Assembly: GCA_963703345.1 (NCBI GenBank)
Contig: OY969814.1
Span: 480,001 to 544,000, forward strand
Origin: an uncultured Chloroflexia bacterium
Lineage (GTDB): Bacteria; Chloroflexota; Dehalococcoidia; DSTF01; JALHUB01
DNA: 64,000 nt
Direction: 5' to 3'
Position numbers and translations under genes: made by a program. The notes under the pieces were generated by a model. It saw only the letters and a list, made by a program, of their open reading frames with translations. It made no database searches and was not told the DNA's origin. This document shows positions 13,654 through 23,920 of the stretch, piece after piece (the first letter of the stretch is position 1; the number at the start of each line of letters is the position of its first letter).

Positions 13654-14501
13654 GCCAGAACGATCTCCTTGTGCTCCGCCAGCACCCGCTCCACGTCTGC
13701 CCGCGTCGGCGCTTTTGTCGTGCCGACGCCCTCGACACTGAGGCCGGCGGCGGCGTCCGCGAACCTGGCTGCGGCCGCGACATCGCGCGTTTCGTCGAAC
13801 GCGGCCATGAACGCGGCAGCGAAGACGTCGCCGGCGCCCGTAGGATCGACTTCCACGTGCGGGAAAGCGGCGATTCGACGCTGCTTCCGTTCCGTCCACA
13901 CCGTCGCGCCGCCTCTGCCGTTGGTCACGACGACTATATCCGCTTCCCGCTGCCAGCGAGCAAGTGCGTTCGCATCGTCTTGCATGTCCTCTTCCGAGAC
14001 GAAGGCAACATTGGCCCCACTTAGCGAAGCTTCTTGCGGCCACGGCCGCCGGCGGACTAGGCCGTCGCCGCTGGCGTCCCGGAGCCAGCCCTGGAGGCAG
14101 CAGCCGACGAGACTGCCGGAGAACAGAGCGGCCATGGCAGGCATCACTTCGCTCAGCAGCGGCCCCAGCAAGACGATTCTAGCGCTGTGGAGCGCTTGTG
14201 GCACGTCCTCGGTGCTGATCGCCGGCGCCTGCGACCATACGCGCTGGACGCGTCGCCCTTCCTGGTAGCGATTCTCGAAGGTTGTCGTCGTTTCCGAAGG
14301 GATACAGTGGATTCGAATGTGGGGAAGAAGGCGGGCGAGGTCGACGTCGGCGGAAGCACACGTGACGATAGCTGCGTTCAGCCCAAGGCGGGAGGCCTGC
14401 GTGGCAGCATAAGCGACCGTGCCGCCGAGGCGCCAGCCGTTCGCGTCCACGTCCTTCGCCACGTGGCCGACAACGAGGAAGTCAGGGATGCTCATTGGCA
14501 T
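13650..14501 (-). CDS. PfkB/ribokinase family carbohydrate kinase
   Basis: LGGTVAYAA and VDPTGAGDVFAAAF signature. Confidence 0.9.
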
Positions 14502-14528
14502 GGCCGGAGGGTATGCAAATGAAAGGGG

Positions 14529-15245
14529 CTAGCGGCTGGGGCGAATGATAACCTTACGATTCTCGCCCTCGCCGATACTCTCCGTTATTACCGTCTCGTC
14601 CTGCGCCAGCGCCAGGTGGACGATTCGCCGTTCGTTCGGCGGCATCGGCTCCAGCGTCATCACCTGGTGCGTCGCCCGGACGCGCTCCGCCATGTGCTCC
14701 GCCAGGCTCTTCAGCGACTGCTCTCGCCGTCGCCGGTAGCCCGCGACGTCGACGCCGAACGACGCTTTCGCCTTCAGCTTGCGCCCGACGATCAGGTTGA
14801 CGAGGTATTGAAGCGAACCAAGCGTGTCGCCGCGACGGCCGATGAGGATGCCCAGGTCGTCGCCGCTGATGTCCAGCACTGTCTTGACGACGGCGGCGCC
14901 GTCGCCGAGCGTCTCCGGCTGGCGTACCCGCACCGTGGCGTCGACGTTCATGAGTTCGAGGAGCTGCTCCAACACCTCGACGGCCAGCGCGATATCGTCT
15001 TCGGTCTCTTCCAGCCGCGGCCGCTCGTCGACAGGCGCTGCCTCCGACTTCGTCCGCACGACAACGCGCGCGTCTTCGCCGCCGATGCCCAGGATGCCGG
15101 TGCGTCCTTCCTTGACCACCTCCACCTCCACCTGCGTCCGCGCCAGACCGAGCTCTGCCAGTGCCTTCTCTATCGCCTCTTCGACAGTCTTACCGCTTGC
15201 GTCTACGCTTTCCACGACGGGACCTCTTCCTGTAACGGCGTTCAT
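14529..15245 (-). CDS. jag: RNA-binding protein Jag/EloR/KhpB
   Basis: GKTVEEAI Jag_N, KH domain LIGRRGDTL, R3H domain LEPMPPNERRIVH. Confidence 0.93.
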   Translation of the reverse strand: MNAVTGRGPVVESVDASGKTVEEAIEKALAELGLARTQVEVEVVKEGRTGILGIGGEDARVVVRTKSEAAPVDERPRLEETEDDIALAVEVLEQLLELMNVDATVRVRQPETLGDGAAVVKTVLDISGDDLGILIGRRGDTLGSLQYLVNLIVGRKLKAKASFGVDVAGYRRRREQSLKSLAEHMAERVRATHQVMTLEPMPPNERRIVHLALAQDETVITESIGEGENRKVIIRPSR

Positions 15246-16086
15246 CCCCGACCGCTTCCGCCGCTTCATCCTCTTCGTCCGCCTCATGTTCCTCTACCGC
15301 TTCCGGCGCCGGCGCCGGCGATCTCGTGGCAGCCGTCTTTGCCGGGACCGGCTGGAGCGTGAACAGAGTCTTCCACGTCAGTCCGCCCGAACCGACGTAA
15401 ATGTACTGAAGGACGATGCTGACGACGCTCGACAGGACCCAGTATAGGGCAAGGCCGCTGGGGAATGAAATCGCGAAGTAGGTGAACATCAGCGGCATCA
15501 TCCACAGCATCGTGCTGTTCATCGACGCCGACTTCTCGTCGAGCGCCGGCGGCGAGGTCATCTTCTGCTGCACGAACATGCTCGCGCCGACCATCAGCGC
15601 CAGGGGCAAGTTCGGCGCGCCCAGGCTCAGGCCGAGGAAGTGGTCGCTCAGCGGCACTGCTTTTTGGATGAAAGACCAGGGATAGAGGTGGTGCGAAAGG
15701 TTGATCGTGCTCTCCGGGACGTCGCCCACAGTCAGACGGATCACCTGGTAAAGCGCGATCCAGATCGGGATCTGGGCGACCATCGGCAGCAGGCAGCCGA
15801 GAGGATTGACGCCCGCTTCCCGGTAGATCTTCATCGTCTCTTCGGAGCGACGCTTGGGGTCTTTGTACTTCTTCTGTATCTCCGCCAGCCGTCCCTGCAT
15901 CGCCGAGAGCGCCCGCGACGAGCGAAGCTGGCGCAACGTCAGCGGGAACGTTATGCCGCGCATGAACACCGTGAGGACGATGATGGCGAGGCCGAAGCTG
16001 CCGAAGAAGACGTTGTTCAACAACACGAGGGCGTTCGCCATCGGATTGACGAGCACCGCGTTCCAGATGAAACTGATGATTTCCAC
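15190..16086 (-). CDS. yidC: Membrane protein insertase YidC, short form
   Basis: FGLAIIVLT..R...PLT, GVNPLGCLLPMVAQIPIW, FPSGLALYW. No large periplasmic domain. Confidence 0.95.
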   Translation of the reverse strand: MEIISFIWNAVLVNPMANALVLLNNVFFGSFGLAIIVLTVFMRGITFPLTLRQLRSSRALSAMQGRLAEIQKKYKDPKRRSEETMKIYREAGVNPLGCLLPMVAQIPIWIALYQVIRLTVGDVPESTINLSHHLYPWSFIQKAVPLSDHFLGLSLGAPNLPLALMVGASMFVQQKMTSPPALDEKSASMNSTMLWMMPLMFTYFAISFPSGLALYWVLSSVVSIVLQYIYVGSGGLTWKTLFTLQPVPAKTAATRSPAPAPEAVEEHEADEEDEAAEAVGDERRYRKRSRRGKRRRKR

Positions 16087-16104
16087 GACTCTATTGACCT
16101 GCTC

Positions 16105-17175
16105 TTACTTCGAGACCGGCACGTCGCTTATCGTCCCGGCTGTCGGGTCGACCTTCTGCACGTTGCCGTTCTTTGTGCTGTAGTACACCGCGCCGTTGTC
16201 GACGACGAGGTCCGAGAGGACGCCGGCACTGGCCTGCGAGAACCACGCCTGGCTACCGCTCGCCGCGTCAAGCCCGTAGACGGATCCGTTGTCGGTGGCG
16301 ACGACGAGCGTCGAGCCGACCAACGCCGGGCCGCCGCGTACGACGCCGCTGCCCTGGAACGGCTTGTCCCAGCGCGATTGTCCCGTCGCGGCGTCCAGGC
16401 TGTACACTTTGCCGCCGAGGGAGCCGAAAAAGACCGCGCCGCCGCTCACCACCGCGCGGTTCCAGATCCAGTCGTCCGCGGTGAACGACCACCGCGCTTC
16501 GCCGCTGGAAGCGTCGACGGCGTAGAACTTGTCGTCGAAGGCGCCCACGTAGACCGTGCCGCTGTCCACCACCGGCGTCGAGGCGAGGGCGCCGCCCGTC
16601 TGGAACGGCTTCGGCCAGACCGGCGTGCCGCTGGTAGCGCCGATGGCGTACAGCTTCTTGTCCATGGAAGCTACGTAGACCGTGCTGCCGTTGAACGTCG
16701 GCGTGGACCAGATCTTGGCGCCGGTGCAGAACGGGCTGAAGCGCTGGTCTCCGGTGGCGACGGCGAATGCATGGAGGCACTGGTCGGCTGAACCGACGTA
16801 GACGGTGTCGTCGCTCGTCACCGGCCCGCCGACGATGTGACCTCCCGCAGGCTGCGACCACTTCTGGCTGCCGTCGGCCAAGTTCAACGCGTAGAGATTG
16901 CCGTTGTAGCCGCCGAGCAGCGCCAGTCCCTGTGATATCGCGGGCGTGCCGTAGATCGCCTTCAGCGCCACGTTGGAGTTGCTCCCGGGAAATGTCCAGT
17001 TTCTGGTCCCGCTGCTAAGGTCGGCGGAGGCCAGCGTCTGATGGTTGGGTTCCGCAAGGAGGGTGCCGTCGCTGATGAGCGGGCTCGCCCAGCCCTGGGG
17101 GTTAGTTATACGGGAACAGGCCGCCAAAACGAGGACGAGGGGCAGGAAGAGAAGGCCCAGCATCAGGGCCCTCAC
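16105..17175 (-). CDS. PQQ-like/BamB-like beta-propeller lipoprotein
   Basis: Lipobox LVLAAC. Repeated blades of the type VYVGS.D..LYA.D..SG...W. Confidence 0.85.
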   Translation of the reverse strand: MRALMLGLLFLPLVLVLAACSRITNPQGWASPLISDGTLLAEPNHQTLASADLSSGTRNWTFPGSNSNVALKAIYGTPAISQGLALLGGYNGNLYALNLADGSQKWSQPAGGHIVGGPVTSDDTVYVGSADQCLHAFAVATGDQRFSPFCTGAKIWSTPTFNGSTVYVASMDKKLYAIGATSGTPVWPKPFQTGGALASTPVVDSGTVYVGAFDDKFYAVDASSGEARWSFTADDWIWNRAVVSGGAVFFGSLGGKVYSLDAATGQSRWDKPFQGSGVVRGGPALVGSTLVVATDNGSVYGLDAASGSQAWFSQASAGVLSDLVVDNGAVYYSTKNGNVQKVDPTAGTISDVPVSK

Positions 17176-17194
17176 GCTACGCGATGTCTGAATC

Positions 17195-17467
17195 TCACTC
17201 CTCCGGTAAGTCCCGCAAAGCGGGACGTTGTTTCACGTGAAACAGTGCTTGCTCCGGCACCGGGTCGTAGCCGCCCTTCTGGAAGGGATGGCAGCGGCCC
17301 AGGCGACGAACGGTCAGCCAACTGCCCTTCAGCAGGCCGTGGCGGGCTATCGCCTCGTAGCCGTATTCCGAGCACGTCGGCAGGAAGCGACAGGACGGCG
17401 GCCGGTACGGCGAAAACGACCGCTGATAGAATCTAATTACGCTAAGCGCCAGTTTCTTCACTTTCAA
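17195..17467 (-). CDS. yidD: Membrane protein insertion efficiency factor YidD
   Basis: IRFYQR..SP...[11 protein letters not shown]...[15 protein letters not shown]. Confidence 0.95.
   Translation of the reverse strand: MKVKKLALSVIRFYQRSFSPYRPPSCRFLPTCSEYGYEAIARHGLLKGSWLTVRRLGRCHPFQKGGYDPVPEQALFHVKQRPALRDLPEE
17229..17244. promoter_or_regulatory. parS centromere site
   Basis: TGTTTCACGTGAAACA, a perfect 16 bp consensus palindrome about 3.6 kb from parA. Confidence 0.92.
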
Positions 17468-17828
17468 TGGACCCTTTTCGCACCTCGTTCAGCGTCGACT
17501 TGGGCGCGATGCCCGCCCGCTCCAGCAGCGACGCCAGCGACAGCCGTAGCTCCCAGTACGTCGCTTCCGCCGCCGATCTGCGAGCAATCACCACGATGTC
17601 CCACCCATTCGCCAGAGAAAGCGAGCGCACCGCCTCACGCAGGCGGCGTCGCACCCTGTTTCGTACTACCGCCTTGCCGACGGCGCGCGCCGTTACGAAG
17701 CCATAGCGATTGTGGGGCAGACCGTTGGCCCGCGGCCGTATCGCCAGCAGCCTGTTAGAGAAGGATCGCCCTTCTCGATAGGCGGCGGCGAAATCGCTGC
17801 TCTTCCTGAGACGCTGTTCCCTTCGCAT
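17442..17828 (-). CDS. rnpA: Ribonuclease P protein component
   Basis: RLRKSSDF and RYGF...[16 protein letters not shown]. Confidence 0.95.
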   Translation of the reverse strand: MRREQRLRKSSDFAAAYREGRSFSNRLLAIRPRANGLPHNRYGFVTARAVGKAVVRNRVRRRLREAVRSLSLANGWDIVVIARRSAAEATYWELRLSLASLLERAGIAPKSTLNEVRKGSIESEETGA

Positions 17829-17857
17829 CTGGCCCCGGCCAAGGCCCGGGCCGCGCT

Positions 17858-17995
17858 CTAGACCGTCAGCCGGTAGCGGCCCTTCGAGCGGCGTGCGCGC
17901 AGCACGAGGCGTCCGCCGCGGGTGCTCATACGGGCGAGAAATCCGTGGACTCGTTTCCGCGGAATACGTTTCGGCTGGTAGGTGCGTTTAGGCAC
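17858..17995 (-). CDS. rpmH: 50S ribosomal protein L34 (absent from the ORF track)
   Basis: Manual translation from GTG gives [45 protein letters not shown]. Confidence 0.96.
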   Translation of the reverse strand: MPKRTYQPKRIPRKRVHGFLARMSTRGGRLVLRARRSKGRYRLTV

Positions 17996-18085
17996 TTCAC
18001 TTCCTTCCGGTTGTGTTTCCGAACACAATGATAGATTAGCGGCTTGGGGGTGTCAATCGTCGCGGAGGGATGGCGGGGCAGAGCG

Positions 18086-20347
18086 TCAGCGGGGCAGGGA
18101 AGGCCGCGGCGCGCCTTCGTAGAGATAGCGGTAGACGGCCAGGTTCTGCATGACGAGGCGCACGTACAAATTCGCCTCGCCGACGTCCACCTGCTCGAGG
18201 AAGAGGTCGACGTCGCCGGCGGCGGCATCGGCCCATCCCTGCGCCGTGCCCGGGCCGGCGTTGTAGGCGGCAAGGGCGAAGTAGAGGTTGCCTTTGAAGT
18301 CGGCGAGCTGCTGCTGGAGGTAGTAGGCCCCGAAGCGAATGCTCACGACCGGCCGCAGGAGGTCGTCGTTCGTGAAGTCGGTGACTCCCAGTTCGCTCGC
18401 GATCGCGCTGCCCGTCGAGGGGATGACCTGCGTGAGGCCGGTCGCGCCGGCACCGGAGCCGGCCAGCGGGTCGAAAAAGCTCTCCTGACGCATCAGCGCC
18501 AGCATCACGTCCGGTGATACGCTCTCTGCCTTCTGCGCGTCCTGCAGCAGCGACATGTAGTCGCGTGGATAGGCGAGACGCAGCAGTGCCTTCGGCGCGA
18601 CGACCCGTTGTTCCGGCGAAAGCGTCTCCAGAACGAGCTGGGCACTCCGCGACGACATCTCCGTGAGACCCAGCCGGTCATAGGCCTGCGCCAACGCCCA
18701 GAGCATCGATGGGTCGCCGGCGTTCGCCCACATCAGGTCGCGCAGGTCTGCCGCCGCCGAACGGGGGAAGCCTACGGCGGTGAGCTCCTGGGCCTTCGTC
18801 CAGCGCGGGTCGAGCCAGACCTTCCAGAGGGGCACCGGCTGGCCGCCGCTTATCGACGCCAGCCAGGAAGTAGCACCGGTGGCGGCTTCGTTGACGGCGG
18901 GAACGGGCGTGGCCTTTTTGTCAGCGGAGAGCAGTTGCGCCGCCCGAAGGCCGTAGTAGTCGAGGGGATAGTCCCGGACGAGCGTTCCGAGGTGAACTCG
19001 GGCGTTGTCGCCGTCGCCCGCTGCCAGCTCCGCTTTTGCCGCCCAGTAGACGGCGTGCGACGTTGCTTCCGCGTCCGTCATCCCGGAAGCGAAGTCGCGC
19101 CAGGCGGTCGCGGCGTCCTCATAGCGTTGCTGCTCGTAGAGGACCATCCCGCGCCGGAAGGCAGCGTCGTCCGCCCACGTCGACCGCGGGTTCATCGCCA
19201 GGATGGCCGAATAGGCTTCGTCCGCCTCATCCCAGCGCGACTGCTTCTCCAAAATCAGACCGCGCCACCAGAGCGCGTCGTCCGCCAGGTCGCCGGTTGG
19301 GTCCAGTTCGAGCGATTTGGCATACTCGTCCAGCGCGGCGTTGTTATCGCCCAGGCGCTCGTCTAGCGCGGCGATATAGTAGTGCGCCGCGGCCGCCCGC
19401 GGACCGGTCGACTCGGCGGCGAGGAAGCGTTGGAACGATTGCATCGCCACGTCGTTCTCGAAGTGGCGGTAATGGACCAGCGCCTCGACGTAGGGGTCGA
19501 CTGCCACACCGGCCTGCAAGAGCTCGGTCAGGGCATCGGATGCCGCGGCGGTGATTGGATAATCCGCGATAACCTTCTGGAGATCCGTCTGCCAGCCGCC
19601 CTCGCCGAGAAGGTGCTCCAGCGCGCCGGTCCGCTCCAGGGCCAGCGCCTTGTCCGACGACGAGTCGCTCTCCTTGCCCAGCCGCGCGTACCAGTTGAGC
19701 GCCGCGCCCGTCGCGCCCGCCGCTTCCAGCTCCTGCGCCATTGAAAGGAGGATGCCCGGGCGAAGGCTGTCCGGCAGCGCTTTGAGCGCGGCTTCCTCCT
19801 GCCGCTGGGCCTCGTCGAAACGGTTGAGCTTGACCAGCAGGTCCGCCATCTCCGATTCGGCGTTCGGGGCAGCGACGCCCCCCAGGTCGACGTAGCGGGT
19901 GTAGGCTGCAAGCGCTTCCTCTGTGCTGCCGATCCCGGCCAGGGCGCGCGCGAGGAGGAATTCCGACTCGGCGTCCTCGCCGCCGGCGCTCTGGTAGGCC
20001 AGCACCTGGTCCTGCGCCGCCTGGTATTCGTTCGTTGCCAGATAGCGGCGGGCCAGCGCCAGCCTTGCCGTCTGGCGGTCGGCGTCTGTCCCATTCGCCA
20101 GAACGGCCTGGTACGCCGTCACCGCCTCGTCGTACTGGCCGTTGCGTTCGTAGCTTTGGGCGAGACCCAGGTCGGCCGGAGCGGGCGTCGCGGTAGCACC
20201 TGTCGCATCGCCGGCGGCAGGTGTGGAAGCCGTGCTCCCTCCGATGCCGCAGCCTGCGGAGATGAGAGCCGTGGCGGCACACAGGAGGGTCGCGCAGCAC
20301 AGGCAGTAAACAGAGAGGCGATTCTCTGGTATGATGGACTTGCTCAT
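18086..20347 (-). CDS. TPR-containing soluble lytic transglycosylase (Slt70-like), probable lipoprotein
   Basis: ISAGC lipobox, TPR repeats, SLT motifs RQES, GATGLTQ, ALAAYNAGPG. Start uncertain (20347-20416). Confidence 0.88.
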   Translation of the reverse strand: MSKSIIPENRLSVYCLCCATLLCAATALISAGCGIGGSTASTPAAGDATGATATPAPADLGLAQSYERNGQYDEAVTAYQAVLANGTDADRQTARLALARRYLATNEYQAAQDQVLAYQSAGGEDAESEFLLARALAGIGSTEEALAAYTRYVDLGGVAAPNAESEMADLLVKLNRFDEAQRQEEAALKALPDSLRPGILLSMAQELEAAGATGAALNWYARLGKESDSSSDKALALERTGALEHLLGEGGWQTDLQKVIADYPITAAASDALTELLQAGVAVDPYVEALVHYRHFENDVAMQSFQRFLAAESTGPRAAAAHYYIAALDERLGDNNAALDEYAKSLELDPTGDLADDALWWRGLILEKQSRWDEADEAYSAILAMNPRSTWADDAAFRRGMVLYEQQRYEDAATAWRDFASGMTDAEATSHAVYWAAKAELAAGDGDNARVHLGTLVRDYPLDYYGLRAAQLLSADKKATPVPAVNEAATGATSWLASISGGQPVPLWKVWLDPRWTKAQELTAVGFPRSAAADLRDLMWANAGDPSMLWALAQAYDRLGLTEMSSRSAQLVLETLSPEQRVVAPKALLRLAYPRDYMSLLQDAQKAESVSPDVMLALMRQESFFDPLAGSGAGATGLTQVIPSTGSAIASELGVTDFTNDDLLRPVVSIRFGAYYLQQQLADFKGNLYFALAAYNAGPGTAQGWADAAAGDVDLFLEQVDVGEANLYVRLVMQNLAVYRYLYEGAPRPSLPR

Positions 20348-20521
20348 CCGGCGGGGCCTTCCCGGGCAGAAGATGCGCCGCTGAGGAACACGCTCATCGA
20401 CGGCTGACCTGTTCAATGGTACTATCCGCCGACGGCGCCGTCAAAGCCGCGAACGCGTTCCGTGACGCCCGGCGGATCCATTGGTTCGATAGGGCTACGA
20501 CCAGGATAGGGAGGTTGAGAG

Positions 20522-21721
20522 ATCGGAGAGGAATCCGTCTGGCAAGGGCGGCCGGTCTGGGCCGAGATCGACCTTGACGCGCTCGAGCACAACGTGCGGC
20601 AGCTCAAGCGACAGGCAGGCGGCGCTCTGCTGATGGCGGTGGTCAAGGCGAATGCCTACGGCCACGGCGCCGTTATGGTGGCAAAGGCCGTTCTCGCCGC
20701 CGGCGCCGATCGCCTGGGCGTCGTCTGCGTCGACGAGGGCGAAGAGCTGCGTCGTGCTGGCATCGATGCCCCGGTCCTCATCATGGGCCACACCCCGGCC
20801 GCGCAGGCGGAACGGGTCGTCGGCCTCTCCCTCACGCCAACCGTCAGCACGCGCCGGTTCGCCGAGGCGCTCTCGCAAGCGGCGATTTCCAGCGGCGTGA
20901 CGCTGCCTGTGCACCTGAAGCTTGAAACAGGACTCAATCGCTACGGCCTGCCGCGCGAGCAGCTTCTGCCGCTGGCAGAGGCCACGCGCCATTTGCCGGG
21001 CCTCGACGTCGAAGGGCTGTGGACTCACTTCGCGACTGGCGACGAGGCCGACAAGAGCTACGTCCGGCGTCAGTTCAGCGCTTTCAGCGAGGTAGCAGGC
21101 CGGCTGTCCTGGATCCGCCTGCTCCACGTCGCGAACACGGCCACCGTGCTCGACATGCCTGAGCTTTCGCTGGGCATGGTGCGCGTCGGCATCGGCATCT
21201 ACGGCTGCTACCCCTCGGCGCAGGTGGAGCGCGACATTGCTCTACGGCCGGTCCTCTCGCTGAAGAGCCGCGTCGGCCGGCTGCGTCGGCTGGAGGCAGG
21301 GGAGAGCGTCGGCTACGGCTGCACCTGGACGGCAGCGCGACCGAGCGTGGTCGCCCTGGTCATGGCCGGCTACGGCGATGGGCTGCGACGCGCTCTCTCC
21401 AATCGGGGCAACGTCCTCGTTCGCGGCCGCCGCGCGCCGCTTGTAGGACGTATCGCTATGGACATGTGCGTAGCCGATGTCACTGACATCCCCTACGTCG
21501 CCCTCGACGACGAGGTGGTGCTGATAGGCCGCCAGCGCGACGAAGAGGTTACGGCGGACGAGGTGGCGCGGCTCTGCGATACGATAAGCTACGAGCTGCT
21601 CACCGGCATTACGGCGCGCGTGCCCCGGCTGTACGTTCGCGGCGGACGGGTCGTTGCCGTGCAGACGCTGGTGGACGCGGCGTCGCCGGAAGCGCCTGTC
21701 GTCGCCGCAGAAGAGGCTTGA
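20522..21721 (+). CDS. alr: Alanine racemase
   Basis: RPVWAEIDL, AVVKANAYGHG, HLKLETGLNRYG, GESVGYG, GRIAMD. Start inferred at ATC 20522 (see findings). The first canonical start is GTG 20594. Confidence 0.93.
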   Translation: MGEESVWQGRPVWAEIDLDALEHNVRQLKRQAGGALLMAVVKANAYGHGAVMVAKAVLAAGADRLGVVCVDEGEELRRAGIDAPVLIMGHTPAAQAERVVGLSLTPTVSTRRFAEALSQAAISSGVTLPVHLKLETGLNRYGLPREQLLPLAEATRHLPGLDVEGLWTHFATGDEADKSYVRRQFSAFSEVAGRLSWIRLLHVANTATVLDMPELSLGMVRVGIGIYGCYPSAQVERDIALRPVLSLKSRVGRLRRLEAGESVGYGCTWTAARPSVVALVMAGYGDGLRRALSNRGNVLVRGRRAPLVGRIAMDMCVADVTDIPYVALDDEVVLIGRQRDEEVTADEVARLCDTISYELLTGITARVPRLYVRGGRVVAVQTLVDAASPEAPVVAAEEA

Positions 21722-21760
21722 CATAACGCCTGTGTGAGTGGAATCTGAGAGTGCATTGGG

Positions 21761-21964
21761 ATGAAACGGAGCTGTGGCGGGATAAGAGAGAACGTAGTCG
21801 CTGTGGCTGCTGTCGCCCCGCTGACGATCAGCGCGGGCCACCTGCAATTATGGGCGCTGGCGGTCGCGGTTGCGGCGGCGTTTGTCGCTTCGCTCGCCTA
21901 CCTCCTGCGGCGCGCCCTCGGCCTCGTGAAACCGCCACCGCCTGAGGAAGATACGCCTCACTAG
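21761..21964 (+). CDS. Small single-TM hypothetical protein
   Basis: Hydrophobic segment followed by RRALGLVKPPPPEEDTPH. Fills the gap between genes. Start uncertain. Confidence 0.45.
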   Translation: MKRSCGGIRENVVAVAAVAPLTISAGHLQLWALAVAVAAAFVASLAYLLRRALGLVKPPPPEEDTPH

Positions 21965-21980
21965 AGCGGCCGCTGGTCAC

Positions 21981-22736
21981 CTATTCTTCTTCCTCTTCTT
22001 CCTCTTCTTCCTCCGCCGCCATCTCCGCCGCCCGCGGCAGCAGCACCTCCAGCGTCGTCTCGCGGTGCCGTCGCGGCCCGGGCAGCGCCTCGATAGTCTT
22101 GATCAACGCCGGCAGCTCCTCCAACGTCTTCCTGTCGCCTCCGTCGAGCAACAGGATCGAGACACCGGCGTCGCGCAGGCACTCCAGGTCGTCGCTCTCG
22201 ACCGGCAACTCCATCGGCAGCAGCAGCGGTTTGCGTGCTAGGGCGGCGATGCGACGCAGTTGGAGCTGCAGCTTGAGGGTGAGCGGGCCTTTCCAGTCGG
22301 GCAGAAGAATGGCGTCGAGCGCGACCGACTCCAGCACGCGCAGATAGGTGTCGTCCTCGCCGTCTCTCAGCGCCAGCACGTAGCCGAGCTTGTCTTCCAG
22401 GAGGGCCGTCGCTGGCGTCGATTCCGCCTCGAAGACGATGAAGTCCACCGACGCCGCGATCAGCGCCTTCGTGTCCGCCGCCTCCATGCGCTGCGGCCAG
22501 ACGCCCAGCGGCGTCTCACCCGCTGCCTGCAGGGCCGATTCGACGTCCTCTGCCCTGGCGTCCTTCAAGATTACGACGCCGGCACCCGCCGCGACCGCCT
22601 GCGCCACCTTGTCCCCATCGTCGAGGAGCAGCGCCGCCAGCAGCGAAGGCGTCTTCGCCGGTCTCACCGCCCGGAAACCGATGGGCGCCGCTTCCGTGCG
22701 CATCGTCTTGCGTATCCTGTCGCCAAGCTTGCTCAT
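21981..22736 (-). CDS. Hypothetical protein, possible TIM-barrel, with poly-Glu tail
   Basis: GC-style codon usage, [10 protein letters not shown], alternating beta/alpha pattern, C-terminal poly-Glu run. Confidence 0.7.
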   Translation of the reverse strand: MSKLGDRIRKTMRTEAAPIGFRAVRPAKTPSLLAALLLDDGDKVAQAVAAGAGVVILKDARAEDVESALQAAGETPLGVWPQRMEAADTKALIAASVDFIVFEAESTPATALLEDKLGYVLALRDGEDDTYLRVLESVALDAILLPDWKGPLTLKLQLQLRRIAALARKPLLLPMELPVESDDLECLRDAGVSILLLDGGDRKTLEELPALIKTIEALPGPRRHRETTLEVLLPRAAEMAAEEEEEEEEEE

Positions 22737-22904
22737 AGTCGTCCCTTCCGGATTCGGAGTACTGAACGGGATGATATCTGCGCCGGGGAGGCTCTGTCAA
22801 TTCAACTATAGCGCATCGGTCCGCCCGAATGTCAGCCGCCGCCCACAGCAACGGCCGCCCCACTCAGAGCGAGAGGAGCGGCCGCTGGATTGACGGGCGA
22901 GAGT

Positions 22905-23888
22905 CTATGCCTTCAGCTTCCGGCAGGCCTCGACGAGCGCGGGCAGAACCTTCTTGTAGTCGTCGACGATGCCGAAGCGGGAGGACTTGAAGATTATCGC
23001 CTCCGGGTCCTTGTTGATGGCGACGATGTTCTTTGCTCCGGCGCAGCCCGCCATGTGCTGGCTGGCGCCGGAGATGGCGACGGCGAAGTAGAGCGTCGGT
23101 CCGACTATCTTGCCGGTGAGGCCGATCTGCTCCGAGACAGGCCGCCAGCCGTTGTCGCAGGCCGCGCGCGTGGCGCCGACAGCGCCGCCCAGGGCCTTGG
23201 CCAGCTCCTCGAGCACCGCGAACCCTTCCGCGCTACCGATGCCGCGGCCACCGGCGACGACGACATCGGCATCCTCGAGCCGCATGCCTTCCTCAGCTAC
23301 TTCCTGGTGACCGGTTATCTTGTCGCGGATCGCCGACGCGTCGATACCGGCGTCGACCTTCGTTACCTGCCCCTGGCGCGAGTCGTCGCGGGCCAGCGGC
23401 TCCTGCGCCTTTGATCGAATGGAGATGACGGCGGGCGAGGTGCTGAAAGAATAGGCCGCCCGCGCGTTGCCGCCGTAGCAGGGGCGCTCGGCGATAACCT
23501 TGCCGCCCTGCGCCGAGACGCTCAGGCAGTCCATCGCCGCCGTACTACCCAGCCGGAAGGCCAGGCGCGGCCCCAGGTCGCGGCCCATGTCGCTCTGGCC
23601 CATGAGTATGGCGCTGGGGCTTGCCGCCGCGTTCACTTTCTCCATCGCCGCGACGTAGCCGTCGCAACTGTACTTTGCCAGCGCCGGCTCGTCGACGACG
23701 AACACCTGGTCCGCGCCGTGAGCGATGAGCTCTTTGGCCAGACCTTCGACGCCGGAGCCGACGAGTGCTGCCTGCACCGGCTGGCCGTTCTGATCGGCGA
23801 GACGGCGGGCTGCGCCCAATACTTCCAGGCTGATCGAGGCGACTGCGCCGCCGCTTACCTCGGCTGCCACCAAAATTCCGTTAGCCAT
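22905..23888 (-). CDS. etfA: Electron transfer flavoprotein alpha subunit
   Basis: [43 protein letters not shown]. Confidence 0.96.
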   Translation of the reverse strand: MANGILVAAEVSGGAVASISLEVLGAARRLADQNGQPVQAALVGSGVEGLAKELIAHGADQVFVVDEPALAKYSCDGYVAAMEKVNAAASPSAILMGQSDMGRDLGPRLAFRLGSTAAMDCLSVSAQGGKVIAERPCYGGNARAAYSFSTSPAVISIRSKAQEPLARDDSRQGQVTKVDAGIDASAIRDKITGHQEVAEEGMRLEDADVVVAGGRGIGSAEGFAVLEELAKALGGAVGATRAACDNGWRPVSEQIGLTGKIVGPTLYFAVAISGASQHMAGCAGAKNIVAINKDPEAIIFKSSRFGIVDDYKKVLPALVEACRKLKA

Positions 23889-23920
23889 GTCAACGCTCCT
23901 TATCTATGGTAGGGCAAAGC

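Noticed and set aside
21984-22014. GAA/GAG microsatellite
   Set aside because: It simply encodes the poly-Glu C-terminal tail of the ORF.
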